Source: Candidatus Latescibacterota bacterium | Lineage (GTDB): Bacteria; Latescibacterota; UBA2968; UBA8231 | DNA length: 64,000 nucleotides | Direction of reading: 5' to 3' | Assembly (NCBI GenBank): GCA_965223905.1 | Contig: CBDCXV010000010.1 | Coordinates: 2,016,001 to 2,080,000, forward strand | Notes under the pieces: model-generated | Databases searched by the model: none | Seen by the model: the letters and a program-made list of their open reading frames with translations, nothing else | Told to the model about the DNA's origin: nothing | Translations under genes and position numbers: made by a program | Shown: piece after piece, positions 52,728-61,984 of the stretch | Layout of the letters: every line of letters starts with the position of its first letter | Numbering within the stretch: position 1 is the stretch's first letter

Positions 52728-53565
52728 TCAAAGTTCGATTCCGGCCAAAATCTCCAGGGCCTCGTCCACGGGCACCTCGTCCCGCCCGGCGGTGAGCTCG
52801 AGATATCTCCGCGTTCTGCCATTGAGAACGCCATAGAATCCACGCACTTCTTCGTCAGGATGGTCCCGCCACAATCGAGTGGGTATGTACGAATCCTCGC
52901 TGAGGTAGTCGCGGTGCCGGTGGCCGTAGTAGATCTGCACGGTTTTGCGTTCGGACTTCGTCGGGCGCACGGTAACCGTGTGTAATCGAGTGACATCGAA
53001 CAGTATCGCCGTGCCAGCACAACCGTGGAGTTCGCGGACTCCGCCGCGTTCGAGTTGGGCCTCGGTATCCAGCATTTCCTGGTCGATCGATTGGGGCGAA
53101 ACGGCGAAGCTGTGGGTGGTGTCGCTCACGTCGGACAGGTAGACCATCATCTGGACGTAGCCGAGGTTCAGCGGGTGTTCCCGCCCACATGAGACGTGTC
53201 CCTCCGTCGCGATGCCAGCGGCGCCCTACGGGCCCTTCCCACGACCTCATCGCCGCAATCGGCTCCCCCTCGTAGGGGCCCATGTGCCTGAGGCAGACTT
53301 CCGAGAAGCACACCTCGCCTCCCATCAGGACCCGGAGGGACTCCATCGCCTCTGGATGGCGGATGATTTCGTCGAACTGGGGCGCCGTCAGGAGCGCGTT
53401 GCAATTCTGGGTCTGCCAGATGCCGTTTTCATTCCAGTAACGGCCGTAGTCCCGTCGGTCCCGGTCGAAAGCTTCCACAAAGCGGGCGACCTCGTCGTCT
53501 CTCAAGATCCTGCCAAGCGGCAGGTAGCCGTTCTCCTTGAAGAAATCGTAATCTTCCTGTCTCAT
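52728..53565 (-). pseudogene. PhyH-family dioxygenase with a +1 frameshift near 53181
   Basis: FFKENGY, WHRD, then YVQMMVYLSD..RLHT in the next frame. Confidence 0.75.
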
Positions 53566-53933
53566 TGGGGATTCCCTCCCAGCGAAGACCTGGGTTTCCA
53601 TTGACGCCTGAAGCAGTCCAGACTGGAGACGCCGAATCAGACATTCTTTTTTCATTTCCAATGCGGATCTCTACCTGGACGGGCTGCTGCTGCCTGCCAC
53701 CCCGACAGGTCCTCAAGAAGACACCGCAACAGGGTCAGTCACCCTGGGAGCCGCATCAAAGCGGCGTTGGACGTGGAGTAGCGGGAGGGCACGCCAGTTT
53801 GCGCGGGGAATCTTGGCATCTCACCCCCCCCCCCCCCTCCCGGTCGGAAAACGCGGCCACCGGGGATGTCTAAGCGGGAGGGGCGCTCCTCGGTTTGAGA
53901 ACAGGATCGCCCTTAAGTGTTCCGGGTCCTGCG

Positions 53934-55043
53934 CTATTCGATGGTGAATTCGTGAAACGTCGCCGATTTCATCTGATCCCAGTCGACCTCCAGGCCGAGT
54001 CCAGGTTTCTGCGGGGCGTGGACGTACCCGTCCTGGTCCGAGCGAATGACGTCGACCATCCCGTACTCGTACGGCTTCTGAGGAACGGAGTGCTCGTAGA
54101 AGGAGCAGTTGTCGTGGGCGAGCATAAGGTGAAGGTTGGCCGCGGAGTTCAGGCTGTATCCCCAGGACATGATCTCGCAGTTGATGCCTGCCGCTTCGGT
54201 CAGGGCGATCGCCTTCTGCGTCTGCGTGATGCCGCCCATCATGTGAACGTCGGTGCGGGCCGATCGCCAGGCCTTGGTCTCGATCGCCTCCCTGAAGCTC
54301 ATCAGGTCCATGAACCAGTTGCCCGACGGCAGTACCGGGATGGAGGTCCTGCGGGTCAGCTCCCGGTAGCCGTCGAGATCCCAGTCCGGCAAGGGTGCCT
54401 CGAACCAAGTGAAGCCGAGCTCCTCGATCTCCCTGGCGACCTTCAGGGAGCTGCCTCGGTCGTAGTTGTTCTCGGCGTCGAGCATGAAGTCGGTCTTCGA
54501 GGTGTCGAACTCCCGCGCCACCTCCCGGGACAGCTCGAGGTCCCTGTCCGGTATGCACCAGGTGTGGAACTTGACCGCGGTGTACCCCTCGCCGAGCAGA
54601 TCCTCGACGAACTTCAGGTAGGCCGGGATATCCTCGAGCAGCGGTGTGCTCGCGTAGGACCGGATCCGCTCTCGCGCAGCCCCCAGCATTCGGTAGATCG
54701 GCATCCCTGCAGCTTTTCCGGCCAGGTCCCAGAGCGCGATGTCGATGGATGCGAGCACCTGCGGCGGCAGCGGAAATACGCGGGGCCGGATGTCGTGCCA
54801 GAGAGCTTCCCGCTGCAGGGGGTCGCGTCCGATGAGGATGGGGACAATGTGACGGATCGCCTCCGCGGTGTATTTTTCGAACCCGTACGAGGTCGCGTTC
54901 CAGACACCGGAGACCGCCTCGATTCCCTCCGCGAACAGGCGCAGCACCGTGTTGGTCGCAAACTGCGCCGGGAGATCGTCGGACCAGGTGAACTGCTCCG
55001 TCGGGGGAGCGACCGATCTTACTTCAATCCGTTCTATCTTCAT
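53934..55043 (-). CDS. Mandelate racemase/muconate lactonizing enzyme family protein
   Basis: IDIALWDLAGK, KFH, MLDAE, WFEAP, PGLG. Confidence 0.88.
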   Translation of the reverse strand: MKIERIEVRSVAPPTEQFTWSDDLPAQFATNTVLRLFAEGIEAVSGVWNATSYGFEKYTAEAIRHIVPILIGRDPLQREALWHDIRPRVFPLPPQVLASIDIALWDLAGKAAGMPIYRMLGAARERIRSYASTPLLEDIPAYLKFVEDLLGEGYTAVKFHTWCIPDRDLELSREVAREFDTSKTDFMLDAENNYDRGSSLKVAREIEELGFTWFEAPLPDWDLDGYRELTRRTSIPVLPSGNWFMDLMSFREAIETKAWRSARTDVHMMGGITQTQKAIALTEAAGINCEIMSWGYSLNSAANLHLMLAHDNCSFYEHSVPQKPYEYGMVDVIRSDQDGYVHAPQKPGLGLEVDWDQMKSATFHEFTIE

Positions 55044-55461
55044 GGGCCAGCCCTACCGTCTCACTGTATTCGCGGAGAGAACTGCGAATCGACGCGGAAG
55101 CGCGTGAAATGGGTTGGAGGTTTCAGGTGTCACAAGTAAAGAAATCCCGATACTACTGCAAAAACGAGCCGGTGGGACGCTGGATGCATGCCGGCTCCAG
55201 GCTGCGTCACACGGCAGACTTCTGCTCCGGGAGGGCGCCCGATCAGCATGTCGTGGAGGGCAGCTGTGTCCATCAAACCATTTCCGGCGGTAGCAACGGC
55301 GTAAAGGCATGTCATGGAAGGACGAGAAGAAAGGCGCCAAGTTGGGCGTCGATGGGCACAGGCGTGCGGAAATCGGGCTGGCGAGGCGACCCCCTTTCGT
55401 TTGGGCCATGTCACGACCATGCCGCCGGTACGGTAGTTATCTACCAGGAAGGTTCGGGGTG

Positions 55462-56358
55462 ATGGAAAAGCTGGCTCGAGGTATCTGGCCGGCCCTCTGC
55501 ACGGCGTTCGACGACAGTGGAATGGGCGTCGACGCCGATCGTCAAAGGGCCCTGGTCAGGGCGCTGATCGACACCGGGATCCAGGGATTCTTCGTCTGCG
55601 GTGGAACCGGCGAGGGCAGGGCGATGTCCTTGCCGGAGCGCAAGGAAGTGGCCGAGGTCGTCGCCCGTGAAGTGGCCGGCGAGGTGAGAATCATCCTGCA
55701 GGCAGGCGGCACGTCCACGGATAACGCCGTCGATCTGGCGCGGCACGCCGCGCGCCTGAAGGGAGTCGATGCGGTCGCCTCGGTGGCGCCGGTGGATGCG
55801 CCCAACGACCTCGGCGCCGCGGTCTCCCACTACGCCGCCGTCGGAGCAGCGACCGACCTGCCATTCTACGTGTATTGGCTGAGGCGCGAGGCGGACCCCA
55901 ACGCCACGGCCGACAGCTTTCTCGATGCGATGCAGGCGGTCCCGAACTTTGCGGGCCTGAAGTTCACCGACCACAACCTGTACCTCTTCGGCCAGCTCAT
56001 CGACCGCTCCAGCGCTGAGGTCAACGCCATTTCGGGACCGGACGAACTGGCGTTGCCGGCGATGGTGATGGGCGCGGACGCCGCCATCGGAACGACCTAC
56101 AACGTCATGCCGGAGATCTTTCTGCAAATGCGCCGCGCCTTCGATTCAGGGGACCTCGCCGCCGCCAGGTGCCGCCAGGTGGAGGCGAATCGCGTGATCC
56201 GCCTGCTGATCGAGGTCGGTGTGCTGCCCGGGATAAAGCAGATGCTCGCAGACCGCGGCACCCCGGTGGGACCGACGCGGATCGTTCCGCCGCTGGACCG
56301 CGCCGCGAAGATCGCGCTGCGTGCCTGTCTCGAGCAGCTGGACATCGATATTCGCTGA
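55462..56358 (+). CDS. DHDPS/N-acetylneuraminate lyase family aldolase
   Basis: CGGTGEG, GLKFT (Schiff-base Lys), SGPDE, IGTTYN. Confidence 0.88.
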   Translation: MEKLARGIWPALCTAFDDSGMGVDADRQRALVRALIDTGIQGFFVCGGTGEGRAMSLPERKEVAEVVAREVAGEVRIILQAGGTSTDNAVDLARHAARLKGVDAVASVAPVDAPNDLGAAVSHYAAVGAATDLPFYVYWLRREADPNATADSFLDAMQAVPNFAGLKFTDHNLYLFGQLIDRSSAEVNAISGPDELALPAMVMGADAAIGTTYNVMPEIFLQMRRAFDSGDLAAARCRQVEANRVIRLLIEVGVLPGIKQMLADRGTPVGPTRIVPPLDRAAKIALRACLEQLDIDIR

Positions 56359-56515
56359 ACCACGCAGGGGCCGCTGACGGCGCGGCAACTCGAGGTTCTG
56401 CCTGTCGACGGGCTAACACCCCGGATACGGTCCGGTCTTCAGCAGTACTCGAACTGTCGGACGCCGAGATCGACGGAGAAACGAGAGCAGTGGAACTTAG
56501 AACTGGAGGGACAAA

Positions 56516-58456
56516 ATGGCGGATGCAGGCTCTTCAAAGCAGGTGACTGTTCCCGGGTTGGTCGAGGTCGTAGCGACGCAGGTTTCCCCTCCTCCGGGAT
56601 GGGCGCTCCTGGAACGCCGGTTGATGGCAATCATGGAGAAAGCCGTTCGGCCCATGGTCGACAAGTATGCGGAAAAGGGCGGCGCCTTCTACTTCGCCGA
56701 CGATGTGGACGACCTCTACGAACGGGTATACAACTGGGGCCTGTTCTACGCCATGGGGGCGGACAGACAGGTGCTCGACCTGGCGCTCCAGCAGTGGAAT
56801 GCAACCACCCGTTTCTTCGCCGACGATATCGTCAGCAGGGTGCACTCCCGCTTCAGTCCCCAGATTCACAACGAGTACTACAACCAGGGTTCTCCCGGTG
56901 CGAACGAGTGGCACCACCAGGGCGAGGGCAACATGGCGTTCTACCATTTCGGCCTGGCCGATCCCACCATTTCGGAGAACGTGCGCCGCTCCAGACGATT
57001 TGCGGCGATGTTCCTCAACGAAGATCCCGAGGCCCCCAACTACGATCCCCGGCACAAGATCTTCCGCAGCCCCATGCAGACCAGCGTCGGCCCCATGCGC
57101 CACGCCAGTGTCGACAATGCCATCATGTGGCTTCAGGGGGGAATAGCGAGCATCGGGGAGGTATCCCGCTATTACGGCGTGCGGGCCACCCTGTATCCGG
57201 TGGTCGAAAACCTGGAGCCGGACTGGTTCGAAAACCCCGAGCGCAGGGACGGGATTCTCAAGCTGTTCGACGACATCGTCCTCAACGGCGACGTGGCCAA
57301 CAGCCTGGGTGCCACCGCCCTCGTCACCAACGCCTACCTCTACACCGGCGAGGACAAGTACAGGCAGTGGGTGCTGGAGTACACGGAAGCCTGGATGGAA
57401 CGGATGCGGCGCAACGGCGGCATCATGCCCGACAACGTCGGACCGACGGGAAAGATCGGCGAAAACCGCCGGGGCCAGTGGTGGGGCGGGCTCTACGGCT
57501 GGAACAGCTTCGTCGGCTACAACATCATGTTCAACTCGCTGACCATCGCCGCCGAATGCGCCGTCCTGCTCACCGGCGACTTCGGCTACCTGGAGTTGCT
57601 GCGCTCGCAGATCAGGGTCCTCATGGAGAATGCCATCACGCGGGAGGACGGCCAGCTCCTGCTTCCGGCCCGCTACGGCCCCGGCGGCTGGGAGTACGCC
57701 ATGGGAGATCCCGGCAAGCGAAGGCCGGGTCCGTTCCGCATGCAGGAACTCGCCCACCTCTACCACGTCTCCATGGCCGCCGAGGACTACGACCTCATCG
57801 CCAGAATACGGGAGACCGACAAAGAGCGCGATTGGAACCACGTGCCTGTCGTCGGAGAAAAGAACTACGGCGACACCGAGCTGGCCCGCTTCCAGTACTA
57901 CGACGGCAAGAACCCCGACTGGCCCACCAGGATCCTGCGGGCCGAGTACGAGAACGCCCAGTCCGCTTTCGAGTCGATCCGGAACGAAACCCGCGGTGCC
58001 CGGGCCCTGATCGCCGACAACTACTGCCCTCCCAATCCGGTTTTCACCAAGGGGTTGACGCAGGTGACCATGGGGGCGCCGCACTCCGTGTACACCGGCG
58101 GCCTCTTGCGCGCGACCCTGCGCTACTTCGATTCGGACCGCGCCCGTCCAGGACTGCCGCCGGACGTCGCCGCCCTGGTCGACAAGCTGGGGGCTGGGAA
58201 TGCAGGGGTTCATCTGGTCAACCTGAATACCAGCGAGACGCGAAACCTGATCGTGCAGGCCGGGGCCTTCGCCGAGCACCGGTTCGTCGAGCTGACCTGC
58301 GGGGATCGGACCATCCCCGTGGAGTCGAAATACTTCGCGGTCCGGCTCCCTCCCGCTGCATCCATCCGGCTGGACATGGTCATGCGGCGTTTTGCGCATC
58401 GTCCCACTTATGCCTTTCCCTGGCACGGGGAGGAGATCCCGGTGCCCTACCACTGA
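56516..58456 (+). CDS. Hypothetical protein, possibly an (alpha/alpha)-barrel enzyme
   Basis: 646 aa, GGAGG RBS, strong GC3 bias; DDLYE, WHHQGEG, PDNVG motifs. Confidence 0.7.
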   Translation: MADAGSSKQVTVPGLVEVVATQVSPPPGWALLERRLMAIMEKAVRPMVDKYAEKGGAFYFADDVDDLYERVYNWGLFYAMGADRQVLDLALQQWNATTRFFADDIVSRVHSRFSPQIHNEYYNQGSPGANEWHHQGEGNMAFYHFGLADPTISENVRRSRRFAAMFLNEDPEAPNYDPRHKIFRSPMQTSVGPMRHASVDNAIMWLQGGIASIGEVSRYYGVRATLYPVVENLEPDWFENPERRDGILKLFDDIVLNGDVANSLGATALVTNAYLYTGEDKYRQWVLEYTEAWMERMRRNGGIMPDNVGPTGKIGENRRGQWWGGLYGWNSFVGYNIMFNSLTIAAECAVLLTGDFGYLELLRSQIRVLMENAITREDGQLLLPARYGPGGWEYAMGDPGKRRPGPFRMQELAHLYHVSMAAEDYDLIARIRETDKERDWNHVPVVGEKNYGDTELARFQYYDGKNPDWPTRILRAEYENAQSAFESIRNETRGARALIADNYCPPNPVFTKGLTQVTMGAPHSVYTGGLLRATLRYFDSDRARPGLPPDVAALVDKLGAGNAGVHLVNLNTSETRNLIVQAGAFAEHRFVELTCGDRTIPVESKYFAVRLPPAASIRLDMVMRRFAHRPTYAFPWHGEEIPVPYH

Positions 58457-58716
58457 CCGCAAGGCAATGATGACGCCGGCACGAAAGCCTGGCCGCCCGC
58501 CATCCAGTCAACGTGTTGAGTGTTCGCCTGCATGAACCGAAACGAAACCAGCTTTTCGCTGTGGATCCCTGAAACGTGGCGAGGTTGAACCGGGTTTGGC
58601 CAGGCGAGTCCATTTCCGAACAGAGTGATCCGAGGCTATATGCAGCACATCCAGGAAGGCCATCATGTTACGGCGAGGCCGGGAAATCCCGGGGCGCGGC
58701 CTGACGGTGAAAACCC

Positions 58717-60312
58717 GTGAGCCCCTCAGGAGAGCTCGAGCACTATACCTCCTCCGTCGACGGCGAGTCGATTCCGTATGCCGTCTGCGCTACCAGCGCA
58801 TCCGACGAACCCAAACCACTCATCCTCGAAGTCAGCCCCGGCGCCATCCGGGATCTCGACGGCAGCCTCCGCCTGACCGAGGAGATCGCCGGCATTGCCG
58901 CGAGGAATGGGCGCGACTGCGTCGTCCTGCGTCCCACCGGACGCGGACCGGGTTCGGTCTACCAGAACTACGGCGAAGTCGACGTGCTCGAAGCGATCGA
59001 AGCAGTGGCGAGGCGCTACGCCATCGATCGCGATCGCATCACCATCACCGGCGCGTCGATGGGTGGCGCCGCCACGTGGTACCTGATCTCCCACTACCCC
59101 GAACTCTTCGCCGCCGCCGCCCCTTTCTGTGGCTACTGCGACTACCGGCTCTGGGAGAAACCGGGAGGGCTCACCTTTCACTCGCACGACTGGGAGGAGC
59201 CTTCATGGCGGGCCCGGTCGGCGGCCTTTCTGGTCGAGAACCTGCGCCATACGCCGGTCTGGATCGTGCACGGCGAGTGGGACCGCGGCGTGGGTGGCGG
59301 GGTACCGGTAGCGCATTCCCGGCAGATGGCGGAACGACTCGACGCGCTGGGCTTCGAGTTCGAATACACCGAAGTGCCCGCGACCGGCCACGGCTGCCGT
59401 CTCGACGATATCTGGGAGCAGGTGATCCTGTGGCTGCTCGCCCGGCGCAAAAAGCGCCATCCCGACATCGTTTCCCTCGTCACCTGCGATCTGCGGCACA
59501 ACCGCTCGCACTGGGTGGCCATCGAGCAGCTGGATCAATACGGGCGGTGCGGCTCCGTCGACGCCAGACTGGGCGAAGGGGAGATCTCGGTGACGGCAGA
59601 AGGTGTGCGCACCTTGACGCTGGGTCCCTTGCCGCGGGGCGGCTCCGTGCTGTTAACGGGCAAGCCTGCGGGAAACCTGCCGGCGGGGGAAACGCGGACC
59701 TTTCGACGGGACACGAACGGCAACTGGAACCCGACCCTTCCCGATGATCTCGCGGGGGAAAAACGGCACGGCTGTTCCGGGCCGGTTGGCGACCTGTTCC
59801 ACGATCCGCTGCTTCTCGTGACCGGCACCGGCGGCACCCAGGAGGAAACCTTCTTCAACAGCTGGGTCGCCTCGGATGCTCGCGGCTACTATCGAAGCCG
59901 CAACGGCGGCGTCCATCGCGGCGGTATTATGGGGGAAAACAGCGTCGACCTGCGCCTGGCCAACGATGTCGATGTCGACGAGGAATCGGTGCGAGCGAAC
60001 AATCTCCTGCTGTACGGAACGCCCTCTACCAACGGCCTGCTCGCGCGCTATTGCGACCGCGTCCCCGTGGCTTTTGACCGCAATGAGATTCGACTGGCCG
60101 GCGAATCGTTCAGCGCCGACGGAGTGGCCGTGTTCGCAATCTTTCCGCACCCGGAGAACTCGAACAGGTGCATTGCCGTTCATGGAGGCTCGACGCCCGA
60201 TGCCATCTGCTGGGGCAGCCATCTCGACATGCATCTCCTGCCGGATTACCTGGTCTACGCCAGAGGAGAGGTGTTGGAGTGGGGATTCTGGAATAATGAG
60301 TGGAAGCGCTGA
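58717..60312 (+). CDS. Alpha/beta hydrolase (esterase/S9-like)
   Basis: GASMGG nucleophile elbow, HGEWD, GH. Confidence 0.8.
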   Translation: MSPSGELEHYTSSVDGESIPYAVCATSASDEPKPLILEVSPGAIRDLDGSLRLTEEIAGIAARNGRDCVVLRPTGRGPGSVYQNYGEVDVLEAIEAVARRYAIDRDRITITGASMGGAATWYLISHYPELFAAAAPFCGYCDYRLWEKPGGLTFHSHDWEEPSWRARSAAFLVENLRHTPVWIVHGEWDRGVGGGVPVAHSRQMAERLDALGFEFEYTEVPATGHGCRLDDIWEQVILWLLARRKKRHPDIVSLVTCDLRHNRSHWVAIEQLDQYGRCGSVDARLGEGEISVTAEGVRTLTLGPLPRGGSVLLTGKPAGNLPAGETRTFRRDTNGNWNPTLPDDLAGEKRHGCSGPVGDLFHDPLLLVTGTGGTQEETFFNSWVASDARGYYRSRNGGVHRGGIMGENSVDLRLANDVDVDEESVRANNLLLYGTPSTNGLLARYCDRVPVAFDRNEIRLAGESFSADGVAVFAIFPHPENSNRCIAVHGGSTPDAICWGSHLDMHLLPDYLVYARGEVLEWGFWNNEWKR

Positions 60313-60377
60313 CTCGCCATCGGAACATCGACTAGCTCGCAAGGGATAGGGCAGTTACTGAGGAGCCAGAAAAAGGA

Positions 60378-60500
60378 TTGCCGCTACGCTGCCCGGTTTT
60401 TGATCAACTCCTCGATGTATTCCACATCCATGGCTTTGTGGTCCTGGAGGATCTCATACCCCTGGACAGGATTGAGCAGATCTACACGCAGCCGCTTCTC
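60378..60500 (+). pseudogene. N-terminal fragment of a PhyH-like gene
   Basis: LDVFHIHGFVVLEDLIP; abuts the 3' end of the convergent oxidoreductase. Confidence 0.4.
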
Positions 60501-60505
60501 GTGTG

Positions 60506-61603
60506 CTATCCCTCGTACTTGGGGAACAGCGGGTCCTCCAGGGCTTCCATGCCGGTTTGGGGTCGTCCCGACTGATCGCCGCCGAGCCATCGATAGGCAC
60601 TGGGGTAGAGGGTCAGCGAGCGGTCCTCCAGCGGAAGCTTCAGGGGAACGCTGCCCCACAGGGCCGAGTACTTGGCGGCGATCGCCACTTCGAGCGACTG
60701 CCGCAGGTCGTGTCCGGATACGAAGAGTTCGCCTCCGTTCGCCACGACGTCGAGGAAGGACAGGATCGAGGTCCCCAGATAGGAGAACCTGGGATACTGT
60801 ATCGGTTTGTACGGCCGGTCCACCTTGAGGCGGGCGCCGCCGCGGTCGAAGCCCCGGTAGATTTCGGGAGTCGCCCAGTTCCAGCGGACCAGCGCGTCGC
60901 CGGTCCATACTTCGACGCCGCGAAAAGGGGTTTCCCATCCGAAGACCGGGCAGACGAGGCCGTTGCTCAAACGGAACTGTCCGTTGATGATCAGGCCCTC
61001 GTCGCTGTCGCTTCGCAGAGCTTCTTCCGGAGTGCCCCAGGCGATGACCTCGGTCACCTCGGCCTCGGCGAGGAGCCGCAGCACGGCGATATGCTGGCAG
61101 CCCCCACCGGAGATCTCGCCGCCCCCCCATCGGTGGACACTGGCGCCGCGCAACTCCCCGTAGTCGCCGGCGCGCAGCCAACCGGCGACCTCCTGGATGT
61201 CGGAAAGCGCCCTCTTGAGGTTGCCGCCGGCAAAGACGACGCCGCGCTCGGCGCACACGTCGACCATCTCGTCGGCATCGGCTAGGCAAGCCTCTATCGG
61301 CTTGTCGGTGGAGACTCCCCTGACCCCAGCCTGCGCGCTGGCGATCACCGCCTCCTTTATGTATTTGCCGGGCAGCACGACAGCGGCGATGTCTGGCACG
61401 ATTTCCCGGTACATGGCCGCGGCATCCGGGTAGAGCGCCTCGATGCCGAAGCGTTCCCCCACCGCCCGCCGCCGCTCCGGGTTGTATTCCGCGATAGCGA
61501 CCAACTCGGTCTCGGGAAGTGTCCGGTACACCTCGGCGTAGTGCTGGCCGAGGCGTCCGCAGCCGATGATCGCGACGGTATACCTGGACTCATTCTCGCT
61601 CAT
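60506..61603 (-). CDS. Gfo/Idh/MocA oxidoreductase
   Basis: IIGCGRLG, TDKP; GGAGG RBS before ATG 61603. Confidence 0.85.
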   Translation of the reverse strand: MSENESRYTVAIIGCGRLGQHYAEVYRTLPETELVAIAEYNPERRRAVGERFGIEALYPDAAAMYREIVPDIAAVVLPGKYIKEAVIASAQAGVRGVSTDKPIEACLADADEMVDVCAERGVVFAGGNLKRALSDIQEVAGWLRAGDYGELRGASVHRWGGGEISGGGCQHIAVLRLLAEAEVTEVIAWGTPEEALRSDSDEGLIINGQFRLSNGLVCPVFGWETPFRGVEVWTGDALVRWNWATPEIYRGFDRGGARLKVDRPYKPIQYPRFSYLGTSILSFLDVVANGGELFVSGHDLRQSLEVAIAAKYSALWGSVPLKLPLEDRSLTLYPSAYRWLGGDQSGRPQTGMEALEDPLFPKYEG

Positions 61604-61984
61604 GAGTGACTCCTCCTCCGTTGGCAAAGAACCGCCTGCTGTACACCGGCTCTGTCCACAGACCCCTGCTTCGCTGTGTGCCCGAACCCGCAAATCCACC
61701 GTATTGCTCCTCGTCCTCGACATCCCCGACGTCGTTCATCGCTCCCTCGGTACGGCGCCGGACCGTCCCGGACGGTATCAGCACCGCGAAGTGGTCGCTG
61801 GTCTCCTTGCATCATTCCCGAAGACGGGAACGCATGCTCGCCAGGACCGGCGCGAAGCGCGAGCCGATTCGTCACCAATCGATGATCGACAGCATGTGCT
61901 CGGGGCCTGTGCGTGCCGATGGTCGCCACCCACCATTCGATTCAGCCGTAAACGTAAAATGGTTTTGAGGACGATCTTGGTGTG

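Noticed and set aside
52206-52985. 259-aa Arg/Gly-rich ORF
   Set aside because: Low-complexity GC-rich translation that partly overlaps the antisense of the PhyH pseudogene.
53824-53837. Poly-C tract as a phase-variation switch
   Set aside because: It is intergenic with no clear promoter or ORF dependence, and homopolymer length may be unreliable.
56534-58470. Long overlapping ORFs (642 aa antisense, 623 aa alternative frame), and similar ones at 32888-34339 and 23990-24769
   Set aside because: Shadow ORFs expected from high-GC codon bias over real genes.
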